From: Calditrichia bacterium
Lineage (GTDB): Bacteria; Calditrichota; Calditrichia; RBG-13-44-9
Assembly: GCA_037381445.1 (NCBI GenBank)
Contig: JARRQT010000023.1
Span: 1 to 22,337 of the forward strand
DNA length: 22,337 nucleotides
Direction of reading: 5' to 3'
The notes beneath the pieces are model-generated. The model did no database searches. It worked only from the letters and a program-made list of their open reading frames with translations, and was not told the DNA's origin. Made by a program: the position numbers and the translations under genes. Positions 1 through 7,409 of the stretch are shown here, piece by piece (position 1 is the first letter of the stretch; each line of letters starts with the position of its first letter).

Positions 1-1268
1 GCCGGAAGATCGCCAAACATGGTGCCCTCGGGATAGGCATCCTCTTTTTCCGGGACCGCTTTCATGGCAGCTTCGCTCCCGACACCTCCGGGGAAGATCA
101 TCCGGATATGGCTCAGGGAAACATTCTCCACCGGGTGACCGGGCAATCCTGTTATGGAACACCCAATGGAATCACCGGCAGAAGCAACAATATTGCTGAT
201 ATTTATGTTTCGCAATACCCCCACAGCAGGTTTAGCCATGCCTTCTTTATAAATCCGTCCGCGGTTGCCCAGGCGAATGAAAAGCGGCACCTGCGGACCG
301 TCGATCCGTACATTGGAGATGGTCACGCCGTCCATGACGCCGCCGTCCACAACTTCCAGCGAGATGCCACTGGTTCCCTGGCGGCTGCCGTAAATCATCT
401 TTTCAGACTGCGAGGGTTTAATCACAATATTGGAGATGCTGATATTCTTAAATCCGGCATGAGACTCGGTGCCCATCTTCAGGGCGTTGCAATGGCTGCT
501 TAGGACACAATTGGTAATCGCGATGTTTTCGCAGGCCCGTCCGGAAAGACTCTTCAGGGTAAGGGCGTCGTCATCGGTATCGCCAAAACAATCGGAAATC
601 ACCACATTATGGCAGCCGTCGATGTCCATCATATCGTTGTTCTGGTTGGCATGGTTATAGACATTTATTCCCCGGATAGTAACCTCATCGCACATCTGGT
701 AGTGCTGCATCCACTTAGCGGAATTTTGCAGATTGACACTTTCAACCCGCACATTGCGGCACTTCACAAACCAAAATACATAGGGCCGGTTTCTGTAGCG
801 ATCCGGTTTCTTTTTAGTGGTCACCTTGAACGCGCTGCCTTGTCCATCAATCGTGCCATTTCCGGTAATCGCCACATCCTCCAGGTTCTCGCCATAAATG
901 AGGCTCTGGGTAACCCAGCTTTTTCCATAGAATTCCACATCCGGGCGAGTTTCAGGATAGTCCTGAATGTTTGTGCTCCCCAACAAGATTGCCCCATTGC
1001 TGAGGTGCAGCGTCACGTGACTTTTCAGAAACAGCGTCCCGGAAAGATATTTTCCGGGCGGCAGCAGCACTGTCCCGCCGGTTTTGGCGCAGGCATCGAT
1101 GGTTTTTTGTATAGCCGCCGTTTCCAGATGAACGCCATCTCCCCTGGCGCCGAAATCCTTCACATTAAAGATTCCTTCTCCGGAAGCAGCAAATCCTGCC
1201 GTCAGAGGCATCCACAGCATAAAAAGAATAAATAGGGTAAAGAAATTCTTGTTCTCTACGTGCAGCAT
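1..1268 (-). CDS. Glycoside hydrolase family 28 (polygalacturonase-like beta-helix), secreted; 3' end lies outside the window
   Basis: Not in the ORF track; translated by hand from ATG 1268, with CAGGAG upstream. Reads MLHVENKNFFTLFILFMLWMPLTAGFAA (signal peptide), FNVKDFGARGDG, AIQKTIDAC, GGTVLLPPGKYLSGTLFLKS, ITGNGTIDGQG, NNDMMDIDGC, DTDDDALTLKS, SHCNALKMGTES, FIRLGNR. The frame is open to position 1. Confidence 0.92.
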   Translation of the reverse strand, partial: MLHVENKNFFTLFILFMLWMPLTAGFAASGEGIFNVKDFGARGDGVHLETAAIQKTIDACAKTGGTVLLPPGKYLSGTLFLKSHVTLHLSNGAILLGSTNIQDYPETRPDVEFYGKSWVTQSLIYGENLEDVAITGNGTIDGQGSAFKVTTKKKPDRYRNRPYVFWFVKCRNVRVESVNLQNSAKWMQHYQMCDEVTIRGINVYNHANQNNDMMDIDGCHNVVISDCFGDTDDDALTLKSLSGRACENIAITNCVLSSHCNALKMGTESHAGFKNISISNIVIKPSQSEKMIYGSRQGTSGISLEVVDGGVMDGVTISNVRIDGPQVPLFIRLGNRGRIYKEGMAKPAVGVLRNINISNIVASAGDSIGCSITGLPGHPVENVSLSHIRMIFPGGVGSEAAMKAVPEKEDAYPEGTMFGDLP

Positions 1269-1322
1269 CAGAAACTCCTGTTGTTTTTTCACTTGTGTAA
1301 TCTCATCATATTCGCCACAAGG

Positions 1323-2231
1323 CTATTTCCGGGGCCTGCGGTTCTCCACCCAACGGGCAGCATCCTGGTATACCTGTTCAATATTCTTCATCCCGGACTC
1401 TTCGCCTCCGATATCCAGCCCGATGTGCCCTTTGAATCCAATGCGATCCAGGGTCTCAAAAAAAGTGTCCCAGCCAATAACACCCTCTCCGGGCCTCAGG
1501 TGCTCCACTTTGACGCCCCGGTTATCGGAGAGATGAATATAGTCAATATAATCCGCCAGTCGCAGCAGGGACAGTGCCAGGTTATCTTTCATGACAAACT
1601 GGTTGGCGGTATCCAGGTTGAAACGCAGATTGTCTTTCCCCACCGCATCATGAAAATAAAGAAAGGCATCTGTCGTAGCGGAAAGAACACCCATGCAGGG
1701 GTGCATCTGATAATTCAGGTTCTTATCTTCTGCAATGGTGCAGGCGTTTCTATATGTGGATACCAGTTCCACCCAGTATTTTCTCCACTCCAGTTCTCCC
1801 GGGAAACGGGCGGCCAAAAGAACGTCCTCATCATAGTGGCGCACAATAGGGATATCTTCCGGGAACTGGTAAGGCGGCAACGGTGCGTTGTCCAGCACGC
1901 CCCTGGCACCAATCAGTTCCGCAATCTCACACCCCTTCTCAAACAACACCAGATTCTCATCCCGAATCTTTGGATCGGGGGAAGATAGTCCCGGCAGGAC
2001 CACGCAAAAATAGGGAACTGTCAGATCCAGCTCCTTCAAAGTGTCGCGGATTTCATAGCGCAGCTCATACATTTTCAGAAGGTGCTCACGCCGGATACCT
2101 TCCAATTCAATAGCCCGGAAGCCAAGCGCTTTCATTTCCCGCAGATACGGCACCGTATTTTCCGCCGGCGGCGGGTATCCATATTTGCTGATCACGTACA
2201 AGTAGCAGCAGACAATTGAATCAGATATCAT
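1323..2231 (-). CDS. Sugar phosphate isomerase/epimerase family protein (xylose isomerase-like / AP-endonuclease-2 TIM barrel)
   Basis: 302 aa with no signal peptide. Motifs GFRAIELEG, LRFNLDTAN, YIHLSDNRG, EHLRPGEGVIGW, GFKGHIGLD match this family. Confidence 0.85.
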   Translation of the reverse strand: MISDSIVCCYLYVISKYGYPPPAENTVPYLREMKALGFRAIELEGIRREHLLKMYELRYEIRDTLKELDLTVPYFCVVLPGLSSPDPKIRDENLVLFEKGCEIAELIGARGVLDNAPLPPYQFPEDIPIVRHYDEDVLLAARFPGELEWRKYWVELVSTYRNACTIAEDKNLNYQMHPCMGVLSATTDAFLYFHDAVGKDNLRFNLDTANQFVMKDNLALSLLRLADYIDYIHLSDNRGVKVEHLRPGEGVIGWDTFFETLDRIGFKGHIGLDIGGEESGMKNIEQVYQDAARWVENRRPRK

Positions 2232-2248
2232 TCAAAAACTCCGTTTGT

Positions 2249-3363
2249 TTAAAATAATCCTTTGATTCCGACAATGCCGGTGATTGCCATAAACACTGTA
2301 AAAAGAAATATAAAGCCCACCAGCACATTGAAACTCAATCCGGCGCGATGTTCCCCCATCACATCTTTTTTGTTTTGCAGCATCAGCATCAGTAGAACGA
2401 TAACGGGAGTAGCAATGGCAGCAAGAGCCTGGGAGATGATCATCACCAGCACCGGGCGTCCGCCAAAGATAGGTACTATCAGACCCAGGAGAGCGCCAAA
2501 GAGCACCAGCAGGCGGCTGCTGTTCTTTTTCATGTCGCGCGGGACATTCAGATAATCGGAGAACAGCCAGGGGGCGAGCAGAATGATAGGAAACAGGGAG
2601 GATAATCCTGCACTGACAATTCCCGCCACAAAGATAGAGATGGCAAAACGGCCGGCGAGCGGCTCCAACAGTTTCACCATATCAATGGCATTTTCCACAT
2701 GCAAACCCAGCGGGTGCAAGGTTCCAGCAGCGCTGGCCATTATTGCCGCGCTAAGAATGAACATCGCCGCAGAGGAAATGAGGGCATCGCGTTTCTCCAG
2801 CTTCAGATCCGTTACTGTCCAGCCTTTCTCCTGCACCAGAATGGAACGGACAATATAGAGAATTCCTCCCATAGTAGTGCCTACCATTCCGGCAATGAGA
2901 AGCGCGGCATTGGAATCGGCCGGCATGCTGGGTATCATTCCCTTAATGACGTCAACCGGATCGGGAATGACCATAAACATGGTGAGAACAAAACTCAACC
3001 CCAGTATACCCACAAAGATCATGAGTATCTTTTCAAAAAACTTGTGACTGCCATTCCAAAAGAGCCAGTATAGCAAGGCGATAAACACCGAGGCCGAAAC
3101 CACCATGGGTATACCATTTCCCGAAACAGGGCGGTATCACCGGTAATAGCGGTGTAGCGGCCAAACGCGACAATTAAGACATAGGTAAATATGCAGGACA
3201 GTGCCAGCGGCCAGATCAGGGTCATTCCATAAGCGGCACCAGTAGAAGCAACCGTCGTCACACTGCCGGTCCCAATGTTGTAGCCGATTAAAAAGATACC
3301 CGGCGCTATGGACGCCAGAAAAAGTCCGATTTTTGTTCTGATGCCAGTTTTCACATTATTCAT
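2249..3363 (-). pseudogene. NRAMP/MntH-like (LeuT-fold) transporter, disrupted by a frameshift and probable internal deletion near 3124
   Basis: N-terminal ORF 3019..3363 has APGIFLIGYNIGTGSVTT and GAAYGMTLIWPLALS..GRYTAITG. C-terminal ORF 2249..3106 has 8 hydrophobic segments (GMVGTT, LEPLAGRFA, AGLSS, SQAL, VMGEH). The two are in different frames and join at ...GCC CTG TTT / TCG GGA AAT GGT ATA CCC ATG. It may be a real lesion or an assembly error. Confidence 0.8.
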
Positions 3364-3396
3364 AATTCAGTTCCGTTGTAATGCGGTCAATATTAA

Positions 3397-4458
3397 TTAC
3401 CAGGGATAATACCCCAGCGCTGTTTCATACATGGTCAGGATGTTCTGCAGCGGGGCGTCGATCTGGATATACGTATGTCCCGGTCCAAAGACATAACCGC
3501 CGTCTTTCCCGAGGATATCGATAAGCCGCCGGGTCTCATCCGCCACCTGCTGAGGTGTCCCTTTGCACAGCATCTGCTGGAGGTCCATGCCGCCATAAAA
3601 GCAGATATCTTTACCAAAGTCTTTTTTCAAACCCGCGGGTTCCATCCCCGCTGCCCTTATCTGAATAGGTTCCAGCATATCCACCCCGGCATCGATAATC
3701 ATGGGCAGCAGCGGCCGCACTGCCCCGCACACATGCAGCAGGAATTTTTTATTGTGCTTGTGAACCAGGTCCACCGCCCTGGTCAAATAGGGCATAACAT
3801 ATTTCTGAAAATCAGCGGGGCTAAACATCGGTCCCTGTTGTGAGCAGTAGTCATCCGCCATATAGACGATATCCACACCATCGGCGTAATCATCCAGCAT
3901 TGCGGTGAGGTAGGTTAGTGTCTTATCGGCAATGGTTTTAATCAGGTAATCCAGATAGTCCTGTCGTAGGGCAAAGTCCATCATGAGATCGGTCATTCCC
4001 CGCACATGGGTGGCAATAAAATAGGCGCCCCAGGTAAACACCCCAATGATGGCACGATTCGAATGTTCAACTGCCTCCGCGGGAAAGTGCGAAAAGTCCA
4101 GCCGCTGATCGGAGGGCCAGGGATGATTCTTAATATCACTGATCTCATCCTTGCCGGCGAGGGGACTGTAATACAGTTCATCATAAGTGCCGCCAATATA
4201 CGGGGTCGTTTTGGCCTTGTAGCCCCATATGGAGGTTTTGTCGGTATTGGCGGCCTCCTCCTCCGGGTATATAAAATTTTTTGGGAGCAGCATCCAGGTA
4301 TCAACGTTTAGGTAATCGAACAGCTTCTCTCTGCTTTCGCTGCCCAGGTGCTGATACAGGGCATCATAGACCTCTTTTTCGGCATCAAAAGTAATGGGAA
4401 TACGATCTGATATGATATGGTTAGCAGCAGCCATGACTCTTTCTTTTGCTGACATCAT
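3397..4458 (-). CDS. Uroporphyrinogen decarboxylase (URO-D)/MtaA-CmuA methyltransferase-fold protein; not HemE
   Basis: 353 aa with MSAKERV, DRIPI, RGMTDLMMD, ADDYCSQQGPMFSP, LHVCG, DMLEPIQ, LKKDFGKDICFYGGMD, GGYVFGPGH. It lacks the HemE RQAGR motif. SD AAGGA lies upstream. Confidence 0.85.
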   Translation of the reverse strand: MMSAKERVMAAANHIISDRIPITFDAEKEVYDALYQHLGSESREKLFDYLNVDTWMLLPKNFIYPEEEAANTDKTSIWGYKAKTTPYIGGTYDELYYSPLAGKDEISDIKNHPWPSDQRLDFSHFPAEAVEHSNRAIIGVFTWGAYFIATHVRGMTDLMMDFALRQDYLDYLIKTIADKTLTYLTAMLDDYADGVDIVYMADDYCSQQGPMFSPADFQKYVMPYLTRAVDLVHKHNKKFLLHVCGAVRPLLPMIIDAGVDMLEPIQIRAAGMEPAGLKKDFGKDICFYGGMDLQQMLCKGTPQQVADETRRLIDILGKDGGYVFGPGHTYIQIDAPLQNILTMYETALGYYPW

Positions 4459-4488
4459 TTTGATTCCTTGCTGTTTTATTTAGAAACG

Positions 4489-4516
4489 CTGCCCCGAAAC
4501 CGGTTGACAGGGGCAA
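4489..4516 (-). other. Short intergenic stem-loop between the two URO-D-like genes (weak terminator or mRNA stabiliser)
   Basis: Minus strand reads TTGCCCC-N14-GGGGCAG followed by CGTTTCT. The loop is long and the U-tract poor. Confidence 0.35.
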
Positions 4517-4540
4517 TTATTATTGTGCCATCACAAGCAC

Positions 4541-5611
4541 CTAATTCAGACTCTGCCGGTCCCAGCAATGAACCTGTCCCCGCAGATTTCGGCCCGCTTT
4601 GAGTGCATTCATTGCAGCCGTCCGGTTCAAGCCGATGAGTTTTATATTTTTATCGATGGTATTGACAAAGATCTTTTCCATATCGTTCAGATGCGGTTGA
4701 GACATATGAACAGCATACAGACCCTCCATCTCCGAGAGGATGTCTATAAAATGATCACCCTTGCCACAAAAATGCACCGCTCCCCCGCCCAGTCTCTGGA
4801 ATACCCGGCGAGCATAAGGTTCGATAAACTCCCGGAACATCTCCGGTGAAAAATTCACCGCAGAATCTTCGCGCAGCATCACCCTTCCCCGGTGGAGCAT
4901 GGACCAATGGACTGCATAATTATTTTCCGGGGAAATCAGAGTATTCCACCTGTCCATGAAGGCGATATATGAATCGGTAATCAGCGTCAGGAATTCCTTA
5001 ACCAGTCCGGGCTGATCCAGCACATCCAGGAAAAGTCCGCTTCCCCAGAGCAGTTCGCACACGTCCATTGGGCCCTGAAGATCGGGATGGTAAATTGCCA
5101 CGAGGCGCCCGATTTTGGGATATGTTTTCCTGATCTCCAAAAAGAATCCGGCCATTTCAAATACCCTGGCGCCCAGAGCACTATTCAGGTTTGGAACACC
5201 GCGATCGATGCACCGCTTCACTGCTGCTGTCCCTTCCGCCAACGGTCTGGCTGAAGGCAGGGTGTTCAGGCGATCTTCCATCAGGAATAGTTCTGCACCG
5301 AACAGAGAAGGCAGAATCCCGGTGCCGTAATTTGCCCGCACACAGAGCAGCTCACCGCTGCCCTCTTCCAGAATCCGCGAACAGCGGGCAAATTGATGCA
5401 GGGCCATTTTATGCATATCCTTCAGGGATTCATTGATACCAATCTCCGGCCATTTCACACGTGAAGGGAATTTCCTGCCGCGTGCCGGGGAAAACAGCTT
5501 TCCCCCAAGGCGGCCGTTGCAGAATGCCTTCCATTGCTGCAGCAGGTGTTCCTCTTCCTGCGGATCGATCCGTTCCTCCAAATCTGACAAATAGCGTTCC
5601 AATTCTTTCAT
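4541..5611 (-). CDS. Divergent URO-D/MtaA-like TIM-barrel protein of unknown function
   Basis: 356 aa with VRANYGTGILPSLFG, HPDLQGPMDVCELLWG, FLDVLDQPGLVKEFL, EDSAVNFSPEMFREFIEPY, AVHFCG. The GP..D, SPE.FREF..PY and HxCG pattern is that of the URO-D-like superfamily. Confidence 0.7.
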   Translation of the reverse strand: MKELERYLSDLEERIDPQEEEHLLQQWKAFCNGRLGGKLFSPARGRKFPSRVKWPEIGINESLKDMHKMALHQFARCSRILEEGSGELLCVRANYGTGILPSLFGAELFLMEDRLNTLPSARPLAEGTAAVKRCIDRGVPNLNSALGARVFEMAGFFLEIRKTYPKIGRLVAIYHPDLQGPMDVCELLWGSGLFLDVLDQPGLVKEFLTLITDSYIAFMDRWNTLISPENNYAVHWSMLHRGRVMLREDSAVNFSPEMFREFIEPYARRVFQRLGGGAVHFCGKGDHFIDILSEMEGLYAVHMSQPHLNDMEKIFVNTIDKNIKLIGLNRTAAMNALKAGRNLRGQVHCWDRQSLN

Positions 5612-5631
5612 AAGTTTACGCTGCCAACTGT

Positions 5632-7350
5632 TTAACCCGCGGCCCCTATGCCGGCAAGGATGACTGCCATCGCGATGAAGGCAATCACAATCCCCACCGC
5701 TCCCACAAATCCGATGATATCTGTTCGATAGCGGGCCCAGGAAAACCTTTTTGGTATGCGAAGCAGGTCTACAATCAACAGCCCGTCCTCCACTTCCTCA
5801 TTGGCGAGGAATTTTTCAAACCTGGATTTTTTGGAGCCTTTATGAACGGCGGCCTGAGATTCACCTTCCAGTTTTATCTCGATGTTAGCATCCTTCAGCC
5901 GCTGTTCTTTTCCCACCGGCGTATCCAGCAAAGTATAAAATTTGTGTAGCTGTTCTTCCGGTTCTGGACGGGTAAAGTAGCTCACCACCACCATCAACAC
6001 AATTCCCACCGGAACATAGAGAGCAATCTGGTTTTGGATGGGCCAGCCCAGGAAGGCACTCGTTCCCAGTGCAATGGCCGCCATCGCCAGAGCGCTGGTC
6101 ATGGCGCCAAAGCGGTTCGCCCGTTTCCAAATGACCCCAAACCAGAATGCCACCCCCAGATAAGCGGTTACCTTCCAGATCTCCATCAGGCCGTGCACCA
6201 CGCTGGGAAAGACATAAGCGAAAAATACGCCGCCGGCCACAATGAATCCCGATGAGTAGCGGGCGGTTTTCAGCAGATCCTTATCGGTTGCGCTGGGATT
6301 CAGATGTGAGAGGTAAATATTGCGGGTGAACAGGGCCGATCCATGCACCATGAATGCGTCACAGGTGGACATCACCGCCGCTGCCAGGGCAGCAATCATC
6401 AATCCCACCAGCCCCACCGGCAGCAGATTTCTTGCGGCAATTCCAAACGCCAGTTCTCTGTTGCTGAATCCCAGACCGGGATACAGAAAAGCCGCGAACA
6501 CGCCCAGGAATGCCCAACCCATGGTGGCAAAGCGCTTCAGGAAATTGCCATAGGTCCAGCCGGTGCGGCAGGCGATTTCTGTCTTTCCGGAGCCGCCGAT
6601 TGCCATATGGTGCGGCATCACCACGATGCCGATCAGCCCGTTAATGACGATCATAACGATAAAGAAGAGCGTGACTTCTTTGGGGGCCACCAGGCTGAAC
6701 ATATGGGCGGGTAATCCGGCGTGAATATTGGCAATGCCGCCGGCGGCACTTATGGCATAGGGAATCAGCATAAATGAAAGCACCAGGATAAGTGTGCCCT
6801 GGATCAGGTCAGTGACCACCGCAGCCACCAATCCGCCGGCCAGCCCATAAATGACAAATAAAACCGTAGATACCAGAATAGTCGTGCTCTCGGTTATGGC
6901 ACCTCCGGTGATTCCTTCGATGGTGACCCCTGTCCCTTTCAGCATGATACCGATATCCATACAGAAATATAAAAGTCCCAGAATAGTGTAGAGAATTGCC
7001 AGCGAATTTCCATACCTTTCTTTAAAGAAATCCGCCATGGTTACATAGCGCAATCTCCGGTAGATGGGAGCAATCAGCCAGAAAAACGGCGTGGAAAACA
7101 TCCACATCCACTGATACCAGATGCCTGCCAGACCGGCCGTATAGGCGGCACCGGAGACCGAAACCGGCTGATCGGTGTGGGTGCCGACCCCAAAAGCCTG
7201 CGCGATCATCAGCACTTTGCCGAAACCGCGGTTTCCCATAAAGAAATCGCCGGATGATTTTATCTTCTTGTAGGTCCATACACCAATACCGGTTATCAGA
7301 ACAAAATAGGCAGCCAGGACAATCCAGTCTAATGTCGAAATACCAAGCAT
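5632..7350 (-). CDS. Sodium:solute symporter (SSS/SLC5 family)
   Basis: 572 aa, highly hydrophobic. Motifs LDWIVLAAYF, DFFMGNRGFG, YVTMADFFKERYG, GGLVAAVVTDLIQG, GLVGLMIAALAAAVMST, WKRAN. Confidence 0.93.
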   Translation of the reverse strand: MLGISTLDWIVLAAYFVLITGIGVWTYKKIKSSGDFFMGNRGFGKVLMIAQAFGVGTHTDQPVSVSGAAYTAGLAGIWYQWMWMFSTPFFWLIAPIYRRLRYVTMADFFKERYGNSLAILYTILGLLYFCMDIGIMLKGTGVTIEGITGGAITESTTILVSTVLFVIYGLAGGLVAAVVTDLIQGTLILVLSFMLIPYAISAAGGIANIHAGLPAHMFSLVAPKEVTLFFIVMIVINGLIGIVVMPHHMAIGGSGKTEIACRTGWTYGNFLKRFATMGWAFLGVFAAFLYPGLGFSNRELAFGIAARNLLPVGLVGLMIAALAAAVMSTCDAFMVHGSALFTRNIYLSHLNPSATDKDLLKTARYSSGFIVAGGVFFAYVFPSVVHGLMEIWKVTAYLGVAFWFGVIWKRANRFGAMTSALAMAAIALGTSAFLGWPIQNQIALYVPVGIVLMVVVSYFTRPEPEEQLHKFYTLLDTPVGKEQRLKDANIEIKLEGESQAAVHKGSKKSRFEKFLANEEVEDGLLIVDLLRIPKRFSWARYRTDIIGFVGAVGIVIAFIAMAVILAGIGAAG

Positions 7351-7409
7351 AAAATTTCCTTAAACCTCCGGGTCATTAACCATTTGCGCTGCAGCAGGAT
7401 GCGAAGTCG

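Noticed and set aside
108..1988. Plus-strand ORFs 108..503, 609..1235 and 1260..1988
   Set aside because: They are antisense shadows of the GH28 and isomerase genes, with no protein-family features.
3110..3130. Programmed -1 ribosomal frameshift at TTTCGGGAAAT
   Set aside because: The GGGAAAT run is not phased as X XXY YYZ in the upstream frame, and the fused protein would still appear to lack TM3.
3397..4458. hemE (heme biosynthesis) assignment
   Set aside because: It has no RQAGR motif, carries HxCG instead, and there is no tetrapyrrole gene context.
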